NCBI GenBank assembly: GCA_005882775.1
Contig: VBDY01000120.1
Location: 3,357 to 67,356, forward strand
Direction: 5' to 3'
DNA: 64,000 bases
Source of the DNA: Chloroflexota bacterium
GTDB taxonomy: Bacteria; Chloroflexota; Dormibacteria; CF-121
In this document: positions 28,088 through 40,846 of the stretch, piece after piece
How positions within the stretch are numbered: position 1 is the first letter of the stretch
How the letters are laid out: every line of letters begins with the position of its first letter
Position numbers and translations under genes: made by a program
The notes under the pieces: generated by a model
The model's database searches: none
Seen by the model: the letters and a program-made list of their open reading frames with translations, nothing else
What the model was told of the DNA's origin: nothing

Positions 28088-29545
28088 CTAGTAGGCCTTG
28101 GCCCAGATCACCTCGGTGGCGGCCGGCTTGCCGCAGACGGCGCAGGCTGCCGCGGGTGCCACAGACCCGGTCGGGATTACGCGCGTCGTGGCACCTGTCA
28201 GCTCCTTCACCTTGAGCTCGTCCTCGGCGCTACCGCACCAGGGGGTGAGGACGAACCCACTGCCACGCTGGAAGTGCTCGACCATCGCCGGCAGTGAGTC
28301 CAGCCGGACGGTGTTGGTCGTTCGGAACTCCATGGCGCGGGCAAACATCGCGTCCTGGATCTGCTTGAGCATGGCCGGGATCCTGACGCCCAGATCGCGA
28401 AGTCCGATCGCCTCCTTGGCCCGGTCGTACCGCCGGACCACGGTCACTTCGTTGCGGGCCAGGTCGCGGGGCCCGACCTCGATCCGGACGGGGACTCCTT
28501 TCAGCTCCCACTCGCTGAACTTGAAACCGGGTCTCTGGTCACGCCAGTCCTGCTTGAGTCGAATCTCGGAGAGATCCTCCAGGACGGGCGCCAGTGCGGC
28601 AGCGATCTGCGAACGCTCGGCTTCACTGCGAAAAATGGGCACGATCACCACCTGGATGGGCGCCACCATGGGCGGCATCTGGATCCCGGACTCGTCGCCA
28701 TGGACCATGATCAGCGCCCCCACGATCCGTGTCGACATTCCCCAGCTGGTCGAGTGCGGATATTGCTTCTCGTTGTTCCGACCGGTGAAAGTCAGGTCAT
28801 AGGCCCGGGTGAAGTTCTCGCCGAAGTAGTGTGAGGTGGCGGCCTGCAGGGCCTTCCCATCCTTCATCAGTGCCTCGATGGCGGTTGAATATTGCGCGCC
28901 CGCGAATTTCTCGATCTCGGACTTGCGGCCCGGGATCACCGGGATGGCGCACCATTCCTCGGCAATCTGCCGGTAGCACTCGAGCATGGTGTAGACCTCT
29001 TTTTCCGCCTCCTCCGAGGTCTCGTGGAAGGTGTGGCCCTCCTGCCAGAGGAACTCCATGGTGCGAAGAAAGAGCCGAGTCCGTAGCTCCCAGCGAAAGA
29101 CGTTATTCCACTGGTTTGTCAGCACGGGCAGGTCCCGGTAGGACTGGACGTAATCGCGCAGGGTGGTGGCGAGCAGGGTTTCGGAGGTGGGACGCAGCAC
29201 CAGGGGCTCCTCGAGCTCCTTCCCACCGCCGCGGGTCACCAGGGCGAACTCCGGGGCAAAGCCCTCCACGTGCTCGGCTTCCTTCTGTAGGAAGCTGAGC
29301 GGGATCAACATCGGGAAATACCAGTTCTCGTGTCCGGTCTTCTTGATCAGGGCATCCAGTGCATTACGGATGTTTTCCCAGAGCGCGAAACCGTATGGGC
29401 GGATGACCATGCAGCCTCGTACCGCTGAGTAGTCGGCCAGCTCGGCCTTGCGGACCACGTCGTTGTACCAGCCCGGGAAATCCTGCGACTGCTTGCGGAT
29501 CTCCTTGACAAAACCCTTTTCGGGTTGCTCTTCCTCGACAGCCAT
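28088..29545 (-). CDS. proS: proline--tRNA ligase, archaeal/eukaryotic-type (no insertion editing domain; C-terminal zinc-binding tail)
   Basis: 485 aa class II ProRS with C-terminal CAVCGKPA...Y typical of the archaeal-like form. Confidence 0.9.
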   Translation of the reverse strand: MAVEEEQPEKGFVKEIRKQSQDFPGWYNDVVRKAELADYSAVRGCMVIRPYGFALWENIRNALDALIKKTGHENWYFPMLIPLSFLQKEAEHVEGFAPEFALVTRGGGKELEEPLVLRPTSETLLATTLRDYVQSYRDLPVLTNQWNNVFRWELRTRLFLRTMEFLWQEGHTFHETSEEAEKEVYTMLECYRQIAEEWCAIPVIPGRKSEIEKFAGAQYSTAIEALMKDGKALQAATSHYFGENFTRAYDLTFTGRNNEKQYPHSTSWGMSTRIVGALIMVHGDESGIQMPPMVAPIQVVIVPIFRSEAERSQIAAALAPVLEDLSEIRLKQDWRDQRPGFKFSEWELKGVPVRIEVGPRDLARNEVTVVRRYDRAKEAIGLRDLGVRIPAMLKQIQDAMFARAMEFRTTNTVRLDSLPAMVEHFQRGSGFVLTPWCGSAEDELKVKELTGATTRVIPTGSVAPAAACAVCGKPAATEVIWAKAY

Positions 29546-29572
29546 GTGGCTGTCGAGTATACGGACTGCTAA

Positions 29573-30670
29573 CTAGCTGGCGAGCTTTTGCTCGTCTTCG
29601 CGGGCGATCGCGTCGAGCTCGCGCAGTAGCGCCGGCACCAGCTCTTTCTCGGGGAACGTGCCGACTATCTTCCCGTGCTTGAAAAGGATGCCCTTGCCTT
29701 TGCCGCCCGCGATGCCGATGTCGGCATGCTGACCCTCGCCCGGGCCATTGACGACGCAGCCCATCACCGACACGTTGATGGGTCTCTTGATCTTCTTGAG
29801 AGCCTGCTCGACCTCGGCCACCATGGGCAGCATGTCGATCTCGAGACGTCCGCACATGGGGCAAGCGATCAGGTTCGGGCCGGTCTGCGTCTCCGAGAGG
29901 GCATTGACGATCCCGTAGCCAACCTCGACCTCTTCCACGGAATCCCCCGCCAGCGAGACCCGGATGGTGTCCCCGATCCCCTCTTCGAGCAGGATGCCGA
30001 TGCCGACCGCGCTCTTGACCGAACCCGTGCGTGGGGGACCGGATTCGGTGACCCCCAGGTGGAGCGGGTAGTAGATCTTATCGGCGATGGCGCGGTTCGC
30101 CGCAATCATCGTCGGCGGGTCCGACGCCTTCATCGACACCTTGATCTGGTTGAATTCGAGGGCTTCGAGGATGGCGATGTGGCCCAGGGCCGCCCGCACC
30201 ATGGCGTCGACGACCTCCTCGGTGGGTGGGCGTCTCCCCTCCCCTTCCTTACCGCGACCGGGAAGCGAACCCGCATTCACCCCGATCCGGATCGGAATGT
30301 CGCGTTCCTTGGCCCGCCGTGTGATCTCCTTCACCTTGTCGGGATCCCGGATGTTCCCGGGGTTGAGCCGGAGACCGTCCACCCCGGCGTCCATCGCCAG
30401 CAGCGCCAGCGGATAGTCGTAGTGGATGTCGGCGATGATGGGCAGAGGCGAACCCTTCTTGATTTCGATCATGGCCTCCGCCGCCTCCCGGGTAGGGACG
30501 GCGACCCGGACGATCTTGCAATCGACGTCCTTCAGTCGGGCGATCTCATTGAGCGTCGCCTTGACGTCGCGCGTATCCGCCTTGGTCATGGACTGGACCA
30601 CGACCGGGGCCGCCCCGCCCACGATCACGTCGCCCACGCGCACCGGCTGACACTTTCGCCTTGGCTTCAT
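29573..30670 (-). CDS. ispG: 4-hydroxy-3-methylbut-2-enyl diphosphate synthase (GcpE)
   Basis: 365 aa with [4Fe-4S] Cys ligands (ACPMCGR ... MGCVVNGPGE). Confidence 0.9.
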   Translation of the reverse strand: MKPRRKCQPVRVGDVIVGGAAPVVVQSMTKADTRDVKATLNEIARLKDVDCKIVRVAVPTREAAEAMIEIKKGSPLPIIADIHYDYPLALLAMDAGVDGLRLNPGNIRDPDKVKEITRRAKERDIPIRIGVNAGSLPGRGKEGEGRRPPTEEVVDAMVRAALGHIAILEALEFNQIKVSMKASDPPTMIAANRAIADKIYYPLHLGVTESGPPRTGSVKSAVGIGILLEEGIGDTIRVSLAGDSVEEVEVGYGIVNALSETQTGPNLIACPMCGRLEIDMLPMVAEVEQALKKIKRPINVSVMGCVVNGPGEGQHADIGIAGGKGKGILFKHGKIVGTFPEKELVPALLRELDAIAREDEQKLAS

Positions 30671-31738
30671 CTAGCGCAACACATCGTTATATGTCACAAG
30701 TCCGATCAATCCAAACAGGATGGCGAGACCCACGTAGTGGACCATTTGCTCGCGGGCCGGGTCGACCGGACGGCCGCGAATGGCCTCGATCACCAGGAAT
30801 GCCGCCCGCCCACCGTCCAGCGCCGGGAAGGGCAGGATGTTGACCAGGCCCAGGCTGAGACTGAGGAACCCGATGAACGGGATCAGATTCAGGCCGCCGC
30901 CCTGGGCCACCTGGGCAGTGGTCTTGACGATACCCACCGGCCCTTCGATCCCCTTCGGACCGAGGAGGCCGCCCAGCCGCTTGTCGGTGGCCAGCTGGTA
31001 GATGCCGCCGAAGATACCGGCGATGGTATCGCCCGTCCGCTGGATGGAGAGGCCGGCCGCCTGAAGCGGACCGTAATGGTAGGTCACTATCGCCGGCCGA
31101 ATCCCGATCACGAACCCACCCGAATCCTGGTCATAGACCGGGGTGACGGTGTAGGTCTGCGTCTGGCCGGCGCGCCGCACCGTGACGGTGACCGGGGCGC
31201 CGTTGGAGGCGTTCACCCAGCGGTGGAGATCGTTGTACTGGTTGACCGGGTGTCCATCAACCGACAGGATCACGTCCCCCGGTCTGATTCCGGCCGGCCC
31301 GGATGGCATGACGTTCGGCGCGGACACCGCGGGTTTCGTGGAGTCGAGGCTTCCGACCTCGATCGGGGCCTTGTAGTCGAGATCACCGGCGATGGCAATG
31401 GTGCCGAAGAAGATCAGCACGGGCAGGGCCAGGTTCAGAGCTGAGCCGGCCACGATCACGATGAAGCGTTGCCAAAGGGGGTGGGCATTGAACCCGCGCG
31501 GACCCGCGTCCGTACCGTCCATCCCGGCCAGCTTTACAAAGCCGCCCAGTGGAATCGCCCGGACCGCATACAGCGTCTCGCCCCGTTGACGGCCGAAGAG
31601 CATCGGACCAAAGCCGACGCTGAACTGCTCAACCTTGATGCCGGCAAGCTTGGCGCTGACGTAGTGGCCGGATTCGTGCAGGATGATGATCCCGCTGAAA
31701 ATCAGCACGATCACCAGGGCAAGAAGCGCGCCGCTCAC
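30671..31738 (-). CDS. rseP: RIP zinc metalloprotease RseP/RasP (site-2 protease with PDZ)
   Basis: HESGHY motif in TM1, a PDZ domain, and LDGG in the C-terminal TM. Confidence 0.9.
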   Translation of the reverse strand: MSGALLALVIVLIFSGIIILHESGHYVSAKLAGIKVEQFSVGFGPMLFGRQRGETLYAVRAIPLGGFVKLAGMDGTDAGPRGFNAHPLWQRFIVIVAGSALNLALPVLIFFGTIAIAGDLDYKAPIEVGSLDSTKPAVSAPNVMPSGPAGIRPGDVILSVDGHPVNQYNDLHRWVNASNGAPVTVTVRRAGQTQTYTVTPVYDQDSGGFVIGIRPAIVTYHYGPLQAAGLSIQRTGDTIAGIFGGIYQLATDKRLGGLLGPKGIEGPVGIVKTTAQVAQGGGLNLIPFIGFLSLSLGLVNILPFPALDGGRAAFLVIEAIRGRPVDPAREQMVHYVGLAILFGLIGLVTYNDVLR

Positions 31739-32901
31739 GTTCTCACCTTACTAGACGTCCTTTGCGATCCTTCCCCAGCCAGTTCGAGGACGCGGGCGCG
31801 TGCCCAACGATCCGCGGACAGGAGCGAATCGAGGGACATGGATCCGGCGGCAGGCGCCTCGGCTAGCGCGCGGCGCACCAACGCCACTATGTCGGTGAAC
31901 CCGATCCGCCCTTCGAGGAAGAGAGCCACCGCCTGCTCGTTCGCCGCGTTCAAAACCGCCGGGGCGCTGCCGCCTCGCTCACCGGCTGCCCGGGCCAGGG
32001 CCACAGCAGGAAAGCGCTGCTCGTCCAACGCCTCAAAGGTCAACTGGCCGATCGCCCCCAGGTCCGGAGCAGGCACCACGTCGGGAACCCGTTCCGGGTA
32101 GCTCAGGGCGACCGCGATCGGCAAATGCATGTCGGGGACACCGAGTTGCGCCTTGATGCTCCCGTCGGTGAACTGCACCATCGAATGCACAACGCTTTGA
32201 GGATGAACGAGAACATCGATGTCCTGGTACGCGACGTCGAAGAGGACGTGCGCCTCGAGGATCTCGAGACCCTTGTTCATCATGGTCGCCGAGTCCACCG
32301 TGATCTTGGGACCCATCTTCCAGCGTGGATGGGCAAGAGCCTCAGCCACGGTGACCCCGGACAGCGTCGACAGGGGACGGCGCAGGAAGGGCCCGCCCGA
32401 GCCAGTCAGGATCAGGCGGCGTACCGCCTCCCGTCGCTCGCCCCATAAACACTGCCAGATGGCGCTGTGCTCGCTATCGATCGGAAAGATCTGAGAACCA
32501 TGCCGGCGCATCTCCTCGCGAACCAGGTCCCCAGCCATCACCAGGACCTCCTTGGTGGCAAGGGCGATGTCCTTGCCCGCCCGCAAGGCCGCCAGCGTGG
32601 GCGGCAGAGCGGCGCTACCGGAAACCGCCACCACCACCAGGTCGACCTCGGGATCGGTGAGCACCCGCTCGACGGCGCTCGCAGCCGCCGACCGGTCGCC
32701 ACCGGCCGGTTCGGCCAGCAGGACATGTGCCTCCGGATGCGCCTGGGCCACCAGCTTCAACGCGTTGGCATCGTGGCCACCGATCAGGGAATGAAGGGCG
32801 AATCTATCGGGATGCCGTAAAACCAGGTCACCGACCTGGCCCCCCACCGAGCCGGTCGCCCCCAGGAGCGCCAGGCGCTTGGGCCGCCTAGACGAACTCA
32901 T
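31735..32901 (-). CDS. dxr: 1-deoxy-D-xylulose 5-phosphate reductoisomerase
   Basis: [18 protein letters not shown]-binding motif. 388 aa. Confidence 0.9.
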   Translation of the reverse strand: MSSSRRPKRLALLGATGSVGGQVGDLVLRHPDRFALHSLIGGHDANALKLVAQAHPEAHVLLAEPAGGDRSAAASAVERVLTDPEVDLVVVAVSGSAALPPTLAALRAGKDIALATKEVLVMAGDLVREEMRRHGSQIFPIDSEHSAIWQCLWGERREAVRRLILTGSGGPFLRRPLSTLSGVTVAEALAHPRWKMGPKITVDSATMMNKGLEILEAHVLFDVAYQDIDVLVHPQSVVHSMVQFTDGSIKAQLGVPDMHLPIAVALSYPERVPDVVPAPDLGAIGQLTFEALDEQRFPAVALARAAGERGGSAPAVLNAANEQAVALFLEGRIGFTDIVALVRRALAEAPAAGSMSLDSLLSADRWARARVLELAGEGSQRTSSKVRT

Positions 32902-33707
32902 GTCAGATGGAAAACGCGGAAATAGTAGTAGACCAGCACCCCCACCAGCAGGAGGGAATCGATCCGGTCCAGCACCCCGCCGTGGCCGGGGATTACCTGG
33001 CTGGCGTCCTTGACCCCCGCGCCCCTCTTGATCTGCGACTCCACCAGGTCACCAACCTGGGCCGCCGCGCCCACCAGCACGCCCAGAACCAGGTTGTGCG
33101 GAAAGGCCGCCCCGATGAATGGTCCGCCGGCGATCAGCACGGCGCTGCTGGCCAGCAGCCCCGCGATGGCTCCCTCGGCACTCTTATTCGGGCTGATCTT
33201 GGGAAAGAATCGGTGCCGGCCCCAGCGGGTCCCGACCACCATGGCCGCCGTGTCTCCCGCCCAGACGCTGACAAAGACCACGATCACCGCCAGGAAGCCG
33301 GTGTGATTCGTGTCGGGCTGAGGCGGGAGAAAATACAGAGCCAGGTAGAAACTCAGCAGGTAGCCGAGGTAGAGGCTGCCGCCGACCGCGAGCGCCCAGC
33401 GAGTCAGGCTGGAACGCCAATCTCGGACAAAAACCATGATCCCGAGCCCGGCCACGGCCGCGATCGCCAGCACCGCCGTCAGGTCGAGCCAGAGCGGCAG
33501 CCGGTCGCGCAGGAGCAGGGCATAACTCAGGGGAAACAGCAGCCACCAGGGAGCGGTGGATCCGAGCGCCCGGGTGAGCGCCAGGAATTCCAGGAGGGCG
33601 ACGCCGAGAAAGACCGCCATTGCCGCGTAGACCCAGGGAGAGCCCGCCGCCAGGGCCGCCACCACGACGACGATGAGGACCACCGCGCTGCCCACCCGAA
33701 GGACCAT
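32898..33707 (-). CDS. cdsA: phosphatidate cytidylyltransferase
   Basis: Polytopic, with the CTP-transferase signature region (...GDLVESQIKRGAGVKDASQVIPGHGGVLDRIDS). The ORF extends to 33929. The likely ATG is at 33707 (MVLRVGS...). Confidence 0.85.
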   Translation of the reverse strand: MVLRVGSAVVLIVVVVAALAAGSPWVYAAMAVFLGVALLEFLALTRALGSTAPWWLLFPLSYALLLRDRLPLWLDLTAVLAIAAVAGLGIMVFVRDWRSSLTRWALAVGGSLYLGYLLSFYLALYFLPPQPDTNHTGFLAVIVVFVSVWAGDTAAMVVGTRWGRHRFFPKISPNKSAEGAIAGLLASSAVLIAGGPFIGAAFPHNLVLGVLVGAAAQVGDLVESQIKRGAGVKDASQVIPGHGGVLDRIDSLLLVGVLVYYYFRVFHLT

Positions 33708-33753
33708 GTTCGAGGGCTCCCGCGACCCCGGTCTGATGCTGCCGGTCTTGGCG

Positions 33754-34473
33754 TCAGCGGCCTCGATTGGAGACCTCCGGCCGGGCACCGAACCGGCGCT
33801 CGCGGCGATGATACGAGGCGAGCGCCTGATCGAGATCGTCCTCTCCGAAATCCGGCCACAGCGTCTGCGTGCTGAAGAACTCCGAGTAGGCGGTCTGCCA
33901 CAACAGGAAATTGCTGAGGCGCATCTCACCCGCCGTGCGAATCACCAGGTCCGGATCGGGCAGTCCCTGAGTGTAGAGGTGATTGCCGATGGTGACCTCA
34001 TCGACCTGCTTGAGGTCGATGCCTTCGCGGGCCATGGCCCGGACCGCGTCTACGATCTCACCCCGGCCGCCGTAATTGATGGCGATGTTGAGGATGGCGC
34101 GGCCACCCACGCTGGTGCGTTCGTTCGCCTGACGCATCTGGTCCTGCAAGGCGGGCGACAGCTCCTCGAGCCGGCCGGAGAAGCGCAGCTCGATGTGCCG
34201 CCGGGCCAGCTCGTCCAGCTCGCGCCGGATGGTCTCGCCAAAGAGTGTCATCAGCGCGTCTACCTCATCGCGAGGCCGCGACCAGTTTTCCGTGGAAAAC
34301 GCGTAGAGAGTCAGCACCCGGACTCCTCGTTTGTCGCAGGCCTCGGCGACCCGCCGGATCGATTCGATGCCGGCCTTGTGCCCCATCACACGAGGGAGAA
34401 ATCGATGGCGGGCCCACCGGTTGTTGCCATCCATGATGATGGCGATGTGTTCCGGGGGCGGCAGCTGAGACAC
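33754..34473 (-). CDS. uppS: undecaprenyl diphosphate synthase (cis-isoprenyl transferase)
   Basis: HIAIIMDGNNRWA and other UPPS motifs. The ORF extends to 34557, overlapping frr. The likely GTG at 34473 lies 13 nt after the frr stop, with an alternative ATG at 34530. Confidence 0.85.
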   Translation of the reverse strand: MSQLPPPEHIAIIMDGNNRWARHRFLPRVMGHKAGIESIRRVAEACDKRGVRVLTLYAFSTENWSRPRDEVDALMTLFGETIRRELDELARRHIELRFSGRLEELSPALQDQMRQANERTSVGGRAILNIAINYGGRGEIVDAVRAMAREGIDLKQVDEVTIGNHLYTQGLPDPDLVIRTAGEMRLSNFLLWQTAYSEFFSTQTLWPDFGEDDLDQALASYHRRERRFGARPEVSNRGR

Positions 34474-34486
34474 GGGTGGGTTGGGC

Positions 34487-36419
<1,933 letters not shown>

Positions 36420-36420
36420 G

Positions 36421-37266
36421 TCATTTCTCGTCATCCAGGGCTTCGTCTTCATAGAATTCCGCCTCATCGACGTTGGGCATCCCGGCGAAGCCCTTCTCGC
36501 CCTCCTCTTCCTCTTCTGCCTCGACCCCGTAGAGGCCGGCGGTCGCCGCCTCCGGCTCCGGCGAGGCGGCCAGTTCTTCGGGACTGATCAGCTGACGTGC
36601 CTCGAGGGCAGCATCCGCGATTTTCGACGTGATCAGCTTGACCGCCCGGATGGCGTCATCGTTGCCCGGGATCACCTTGTCGATCTCGTCCGGGTCGCAG
36701 TTCGAATCGGTGATGGCCACGATCGGAATCGCCAGCTTGCGCGCCTCGGTGACTGCTATGTGTTCCTTACGCGGGTCGACCACGTAGACGGCTCCCGGCA
36801 GCTTCTTCATGTCGGCCATCCCGCCGAAGAAGCGCTCCAGGCGCTGCATCTCCTCTTCCAGCTGGGTGACCTGCTTCTTGCTGCCGGTGAACCCTCCGTT
36901 GTTACGGATCGCCCGCAGCGCGTTCAGCCGCTCGATCTGGCGCCGCATGACAGTGAAGTTGGTCAGCATGCCGCCCATCCAGCGGTGATTGACGTAAGGC
37001 ATGCCGGAGCGGCGCGCCTCGAGTTCGATCGATTCCTGGGCTTGCTTCTTGGTGCCCACGAAGAGCACCATCCGGCCACTGCCGACCACATCCTTGACCC
37101 AGTTGCTGGCCTCGTCCAGCAGCTTGACCGTCTGCTGCAGGTCGATGATGTGGATGCCATTGCGAGCGGTGAAGATGTACCGCTTCATCTTGGGATTCCA
37201 GCGGCTGGTCTGATGACCAAAATGGACGCCAGCTTCGAGAAGCTGCTTCAACGTGACGAGTGGCAT
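36421..37266 (-). CDS. rpsB: 30S ribosomal protein S2
   Basis: 281 aa with an S2 core and an acidic C-terminal tail. Strong GAGGAGG RBS 8 nt upstream. Confidence 0.95.
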   Translation of the reverse strand: MPLVTLKQLLEAGVHFGHQTSRWNPKMKRYIFTARNGIHIIDLQQTVKLLDEASNWVKDVVGSGRMVLFVGTKKQAQESIELEARRSGMPYVNHRWMGGMLTNFTVMRRQIERLNALRAIRNNGGFTGSKKQVTQLEEEMQRLERFFGGMADMKKLPGAVYVVDPRKEHIAVTEARKLAIPIVAITDSNCDPDEIDKVIPGNDDAIRAVKLITSKIADAALEARQLISPEELAASPEPEAATAGLYGVEAEEEEEGEKGFAGMPNVDEAEFYEDEALDDEK

Positions 37267-37421
37267 CGTGGGTAAGACCTCCTCAAGGTTTGCTTCCGCC
37301 CCCGTCTTCCGGCCGCCGGACCTGAAGGTTACCCGCCTTCAAGCACCCCGGCGCGCCGTCGGGAGGCGTGCTTAATGCGCTCGACAGTATACCGTGATTG
37401 CCGAAAAGCGAATCAGTCCGG

Positions 37422-38291
37422 CTAAGAGCCCTGTCTGGGGGCCATCGGCTCTGGGTCTTTCCCCGCGCTCAGGCTGTCGGAGAGGGACATGGTCCGCTGG
37501 TAGGCGGCCCAGACCGCGTCCGCCAGCACGGTTCGCAGCCGGCCGCGCTCGAGCTCGTGCAGGGCGGCGGCAGAGGTGCCACCCGGGGAAGTGACCATGT
37601 CGCGCAGCTGGGCCGGATGCTTTCCCGACCTCTCGGCGAACTCGACCGAGCCCTTGATCGTCTCCAGCACCAGGTCATGCGCCAGGTGCCGGGGAAATCC
37701 CAGGTGGACCGCGCTGTCGATCAACGCCTCCATCACCAGGAAGACGTAGGTCGGCCCCGTGCCACTGACCGCCGTCGCCATGGCTACGAATCGCTCGTCC
37801 TCGACCTGGAGCTCCCTGCCCAGGGCGCCGAGCAGGGCTCGGGCCTGAGCCCGGTGGGCTTCCGTGGCCTCATCGGTCGCATACCAGATGTTCATCCCCA
37901 TGCCGATCTGGGCGGGGGTGTTCGGCATCACCCGGACCAGGGCGGCGTGATCGAGCCCTTTGCGCAGGGCGTCCGTCCGGGCACCGGCGATGATCGAGAT
38001 CACAAGCTTTTCCGGGGCCAGGCTGGGGCGCATCTCGGCGAGCACCCGGGGCATGACCTGCGGCTTGATTCCCAGGACCACGATGTCGCCCCGCTGGGCG
38101 GCCTCGGCGTTGCCGGCGGTTACCTCGATGCCGTACTTCTCTTTGAGGAAGGCCCGGCGCTCAGCCCGCGGGTGGCTGGCGACAATCGCGGATGCCTCGA
38201 TCAGCTTGCGCTCGATCACGCCAGCGATCATGGCCTCGGCCATCACACCGGCGCCGATCACGCTCAAGCGCGACGCGCGCAGCGGGCTCAT
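37422..38291 (-). CDS. proC: pyrroline-5-carboxylate reductase
   Basis: Rossmann GxGxMA motif (VIGAGVMAEA) and the P5CR C-terminal dimerisation domain. Confidence 0.85.
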   Translation of the reverse strand: MSPLRASRLSVIGAGVMAEAMIAGVIERKLIEASAIVASHPRAERRAFLKEKYGIEVTAGNAEAAQRGDIVVLGIKPQVMPRVLAEMRPSLAPEKLVISIIAGARTDALRKGLDHAALVRVMPNTPAQIGMGMNIWYATDEATEAHRAQARALLGALGRELQVEDERFVAMATAVSGTGPTYVFLVMEALIDSAVHLGFPRHLAHDLVLETIKGSVEFAERSGKHPAQLRDMVTSPGGTSAAALHELERGRLRTVLADAVWAAYQRTMSLSDSLSAGKDPEPMAPRQGS

Positions 38292-38503
38292 CCCGGCATT
38301 CTATCCGCCCCCGCTTTCCGTCCCTCCGCAAAGAGACTTAGCCGGCGATTGCGCCTCCGTTTCGGCCTTCGCGCCGCCCGGCCGCAATCAAGAATGGCGG
38401 CCGGATGCGTTGCTCCGTGCCTACTCCGGCGCTCGCCGGAAGCTAAAGCGCGCTCCGCGCGTTCTGCTAACCCAGCGCCCTTCGCGCGGGCATGCGCCGG
38501 CGC

Positions 38504-40843
38504 TTAGGCAGCGGGAACGGTCGGAGTCTTGACGCGGCGGCGGCCGGCCGGTGGAGTGGAGCGCGGCCGGGCTTTGCGCTCCGGCTTGCAGGTCGGATAG
38601 TCGGAGCAGCTGGTGAACTCGCCGTAGCGGCCCATTCGCACCACCTGGGGCTTGCCGCATCTCGGGCACGGGTCGTCTTCCAGGACGCGCAGCGGCGGCG
38701 CCGGCGCGGAGACGGTGCGTTTTCCACCCTCGATGTACTTGCAGTCGGGATATCCCGAGCAACCGATGAACTGTCCGTAGCGACCCTTGCGGTTGAGCAG
38801 CGGCTTGCCGCAGCTGGGACAGACCCGCCCCTCCACGATGTCCTCCGGCTGGATCTCCCGCTTGACGTAGCGGCACTTTGGATATCCAGAGCAGGCGACG
38901 AAGGGACCCCGCCTGCCGGTCCGGTTGACCAACGGCTTGCCGCACTTCGGGCACATCTCGCCGGTTTCCGTCGGCGGCGTGCTCTTGTCCTGGCCGTCCT
39001 TTCCCTGGATGTAGTCGCACTCGGGATAGAGCGAGCAGCCGATGAACTCGCCCAGCCGGCTCATCCGGTAGACCAGCCGGCCGGCACGACCCTCCTGCTT
39101 GCACTTGGGGCAATCCTCGCCCGTCTCGCGCATGGGGACCTTGACCCGGGGTGAGCCTTCCGCCTTGGCCAGGGTTTTTGCAAAGGGCTTGTAGAACTCA
39201 CGCACGATCGGCACCCAGGGCCGGCGTCCCTCCTCGACATCGTCGAGCTCTTCCTCCATCTCCGCCGTGAACGAGGCATCGACGATATCGGGGAAGTGCT
39301 CGATCAGCCAGGTATTGACTGTCTTGCCCAGCTCGGTGGGCCGCAGCCGGCGCTCCTCCTGCTGGACGTAGTGCCGCGCCTGGATCACCTCGACAGTGGG
39401 GGCGTAGGTGCTGGGACGGCCGATGCCCAGCTCTTCGAGCGCCTTGATCAGCGACGCCTCCGTGTAGCGCGGCGGAGGCTGGGTGAAATGTTGCTCGGGC
39501 TTCAACTCGCGCAGCTCGAGCAGCTCATCAACCGTCAGCTGGGGCAGCTCTTTCTCTTCGTCGTTCTCGTTATCGCGCTCCCAGACCTCGTAGAAGCCCT
39601 TGAACACGAGCACCGAGCCGGCGGCGCGGAAGAGATAATCGCCGCCACTGATATCGACCCGGGTCTGGGCGAATCGGGCAGCGGACATCTGGCTGGCGAC
39701 AAAGCGCTGCCAGATCAGACGGTAGAGACGGTACTGGTCGGGACTGAGGTAGTTTCGCACCGAGTCCGGAGTCCGCTCCACGTCGGTCGGCCGGATCGCC
39801 TCGTGGGCATCCTGCACTGGCCCCTTGGCTTTCCACTCCGCCCGGTCCCGGCGAACGTAGGTAGGTCCGTAGCGCTCCGTGATGAACGCCCGGGTCAGGC
39901 GCACGGCGTCCTCCGAGATGCGGAAGGAGTCGGTGCGCATGTAGGTGATCAGCCCGGTCGCTCCCTGGCTTCCAAGCTCCACGCCCTCGTAGAGTTCCTG
40001 GGCGACCCGCATCGTCCGGCTCGGTTTGAAGCGCAGCCGGCTCGATCCTTCCTGCTGCAGGGTGCTGGTCTTGTATGGCTGGGGGGCGTTGCGCATCGCG
40101 TCCTTGGTTTCCACCGAGAGGACGCGGTAGGTGGCACCGTCGAGCTGGGCCATGATGTCGCGGACCTGGCCTTCCTGGGTGAGCTCGATCTTCTCCTCGG
40201 TGCCGCGCTTGCCGATGAAGCGGGCGGCAAAGATCCGCGCCGGAAGGTCTGACTTGGCGAGCATGGCATCGAGCGTCCAGGATTCAACCGGGACAAACTT
40301 CTCGATCTCCTCCTCGCGCTCGCAGACGAGCCGGACCGCCACCGACTGCACCCGGCCGGCGCTCAAGCCTTTGCGGATCTTTTTCCAGAGCAGCGGGCTG
40401 AGCTTGTACCCGACCAGCCGGTCGATCACCCGGCGGGCCTGCTGCGCATCGACCAGGTCCTGGTTCATCGGGCGCAGGGCTTCGAGTGCTTTCTCGACCG
40501 CGCTCTTCGTGATCTCGTGCAGCTCGATCCGGCGAGGATCCTTGAGCTTGAGGATGTGGGCCAGGTGCCAGGCAATCGCCTCACCTTCCCGGTCCGGATC
40601 CGAGGCGAGCAGGATCTCGGATGCGTTCTTGGCGGCGGCCTTCAGGTCCTTGATGGTCGCTTCCTTTCCGGGGATGGTGACGTACTCCGGTTTGAAGGCG
40701 TGCTCGATGTCGATCCCGAGCGTGCTCTTCGGCAGGTCACGAATGTGACCCATCGAAGCGCGGATCTCGTAGTCCTTGCCAAGAAAACGCCCAAGCGTCT
40801 TGGCTTTGGCCGGAGACTCGACGATGATCAGTGGGGTTGCCAT
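38504..40843 (-). CDS. topA: DNA topoisomerase I with C-terminal zinc-ribbon repeats
   Basis: 779 aa. TOPRIM (IIVESPAKAKT), active-site Tyr region, and about five CxxC...CxxC ribbons. Confidence 0.95.
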   Translation of the reverse strand: MATPLIIVESPAKAKTLGRFLGKDYEIRASMGHIRDLPKSTLGIDIEHAFKPEYVTIPGKEATIKDLKAAAKNASEILLASDPDREGEAIAWHLAHILKLKDPRRIELHEITKSAVEKALEALRPMNQDLVDAQQARRVIDRLVGYKLSPLLWKKIRKGLSAGRVQSVAVRLVCEREEEIEKFVPVESWTLDAMLAKSDLPARIFAARFIGKRGTEEKIELTQEGQVRDIMAQLDGATYRVLSVETKDAMRNAPQPYKTSTLQQEGSSRLRFKPSRTMRVAQELYEGVELGSQGATGLITYMRTDSFRISEDAVRLTRAFITERYGPTYVRRDRAEWKAKGPVQDAHEAIRPTDVERTPDSVRNYLSPDQYRLYRLIWQRFVASQMSAARFAQTRVDISGGDYLFRAAGSVLVFKGFYEVWERDNENDEEKELPQLTVDELLELRELKPEQHFTQPPPRYTEASLIKALEELGIGRPSTYAPTVEVIQARHYVQQEERRLRPTELGKTVNTWLIEHFPDIVDASFTAEMEEELDDVEEGRRPWVPIVREFYKPFAKTLAKAEGSPRVKVPMRETGEDCPKCKQEGRAGRLVYRMSRLGEFIGCSLYPECDYIQGKDGQDKSTPPTETGEMCPKCGKPLVNRTGRRGPFVACSGYPKCRYVKREIQPEDIVEGRVCPSCGKPLLNRKGRYGQFIGCSGYPDCKYIEGGKRTVSAPAPPLRVLEDDPCPRCGKPQVVRMGRYGEFTSCSDYPTCKPERKARPRSTPPAGRRRVKTPTVPAA

Positions 40844-40846
40844 GTT

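Noticed and set aside
37267-37421. Possible structured rpsB 5' leader or autoregulatory element (minus-strand TATACT -10-like box, GAGGAGG RBS)
   Set aside because: A plausible promoter and RBS are present, but I could not identify a convincing conserved secondary structure. Only generic expression signals are left.
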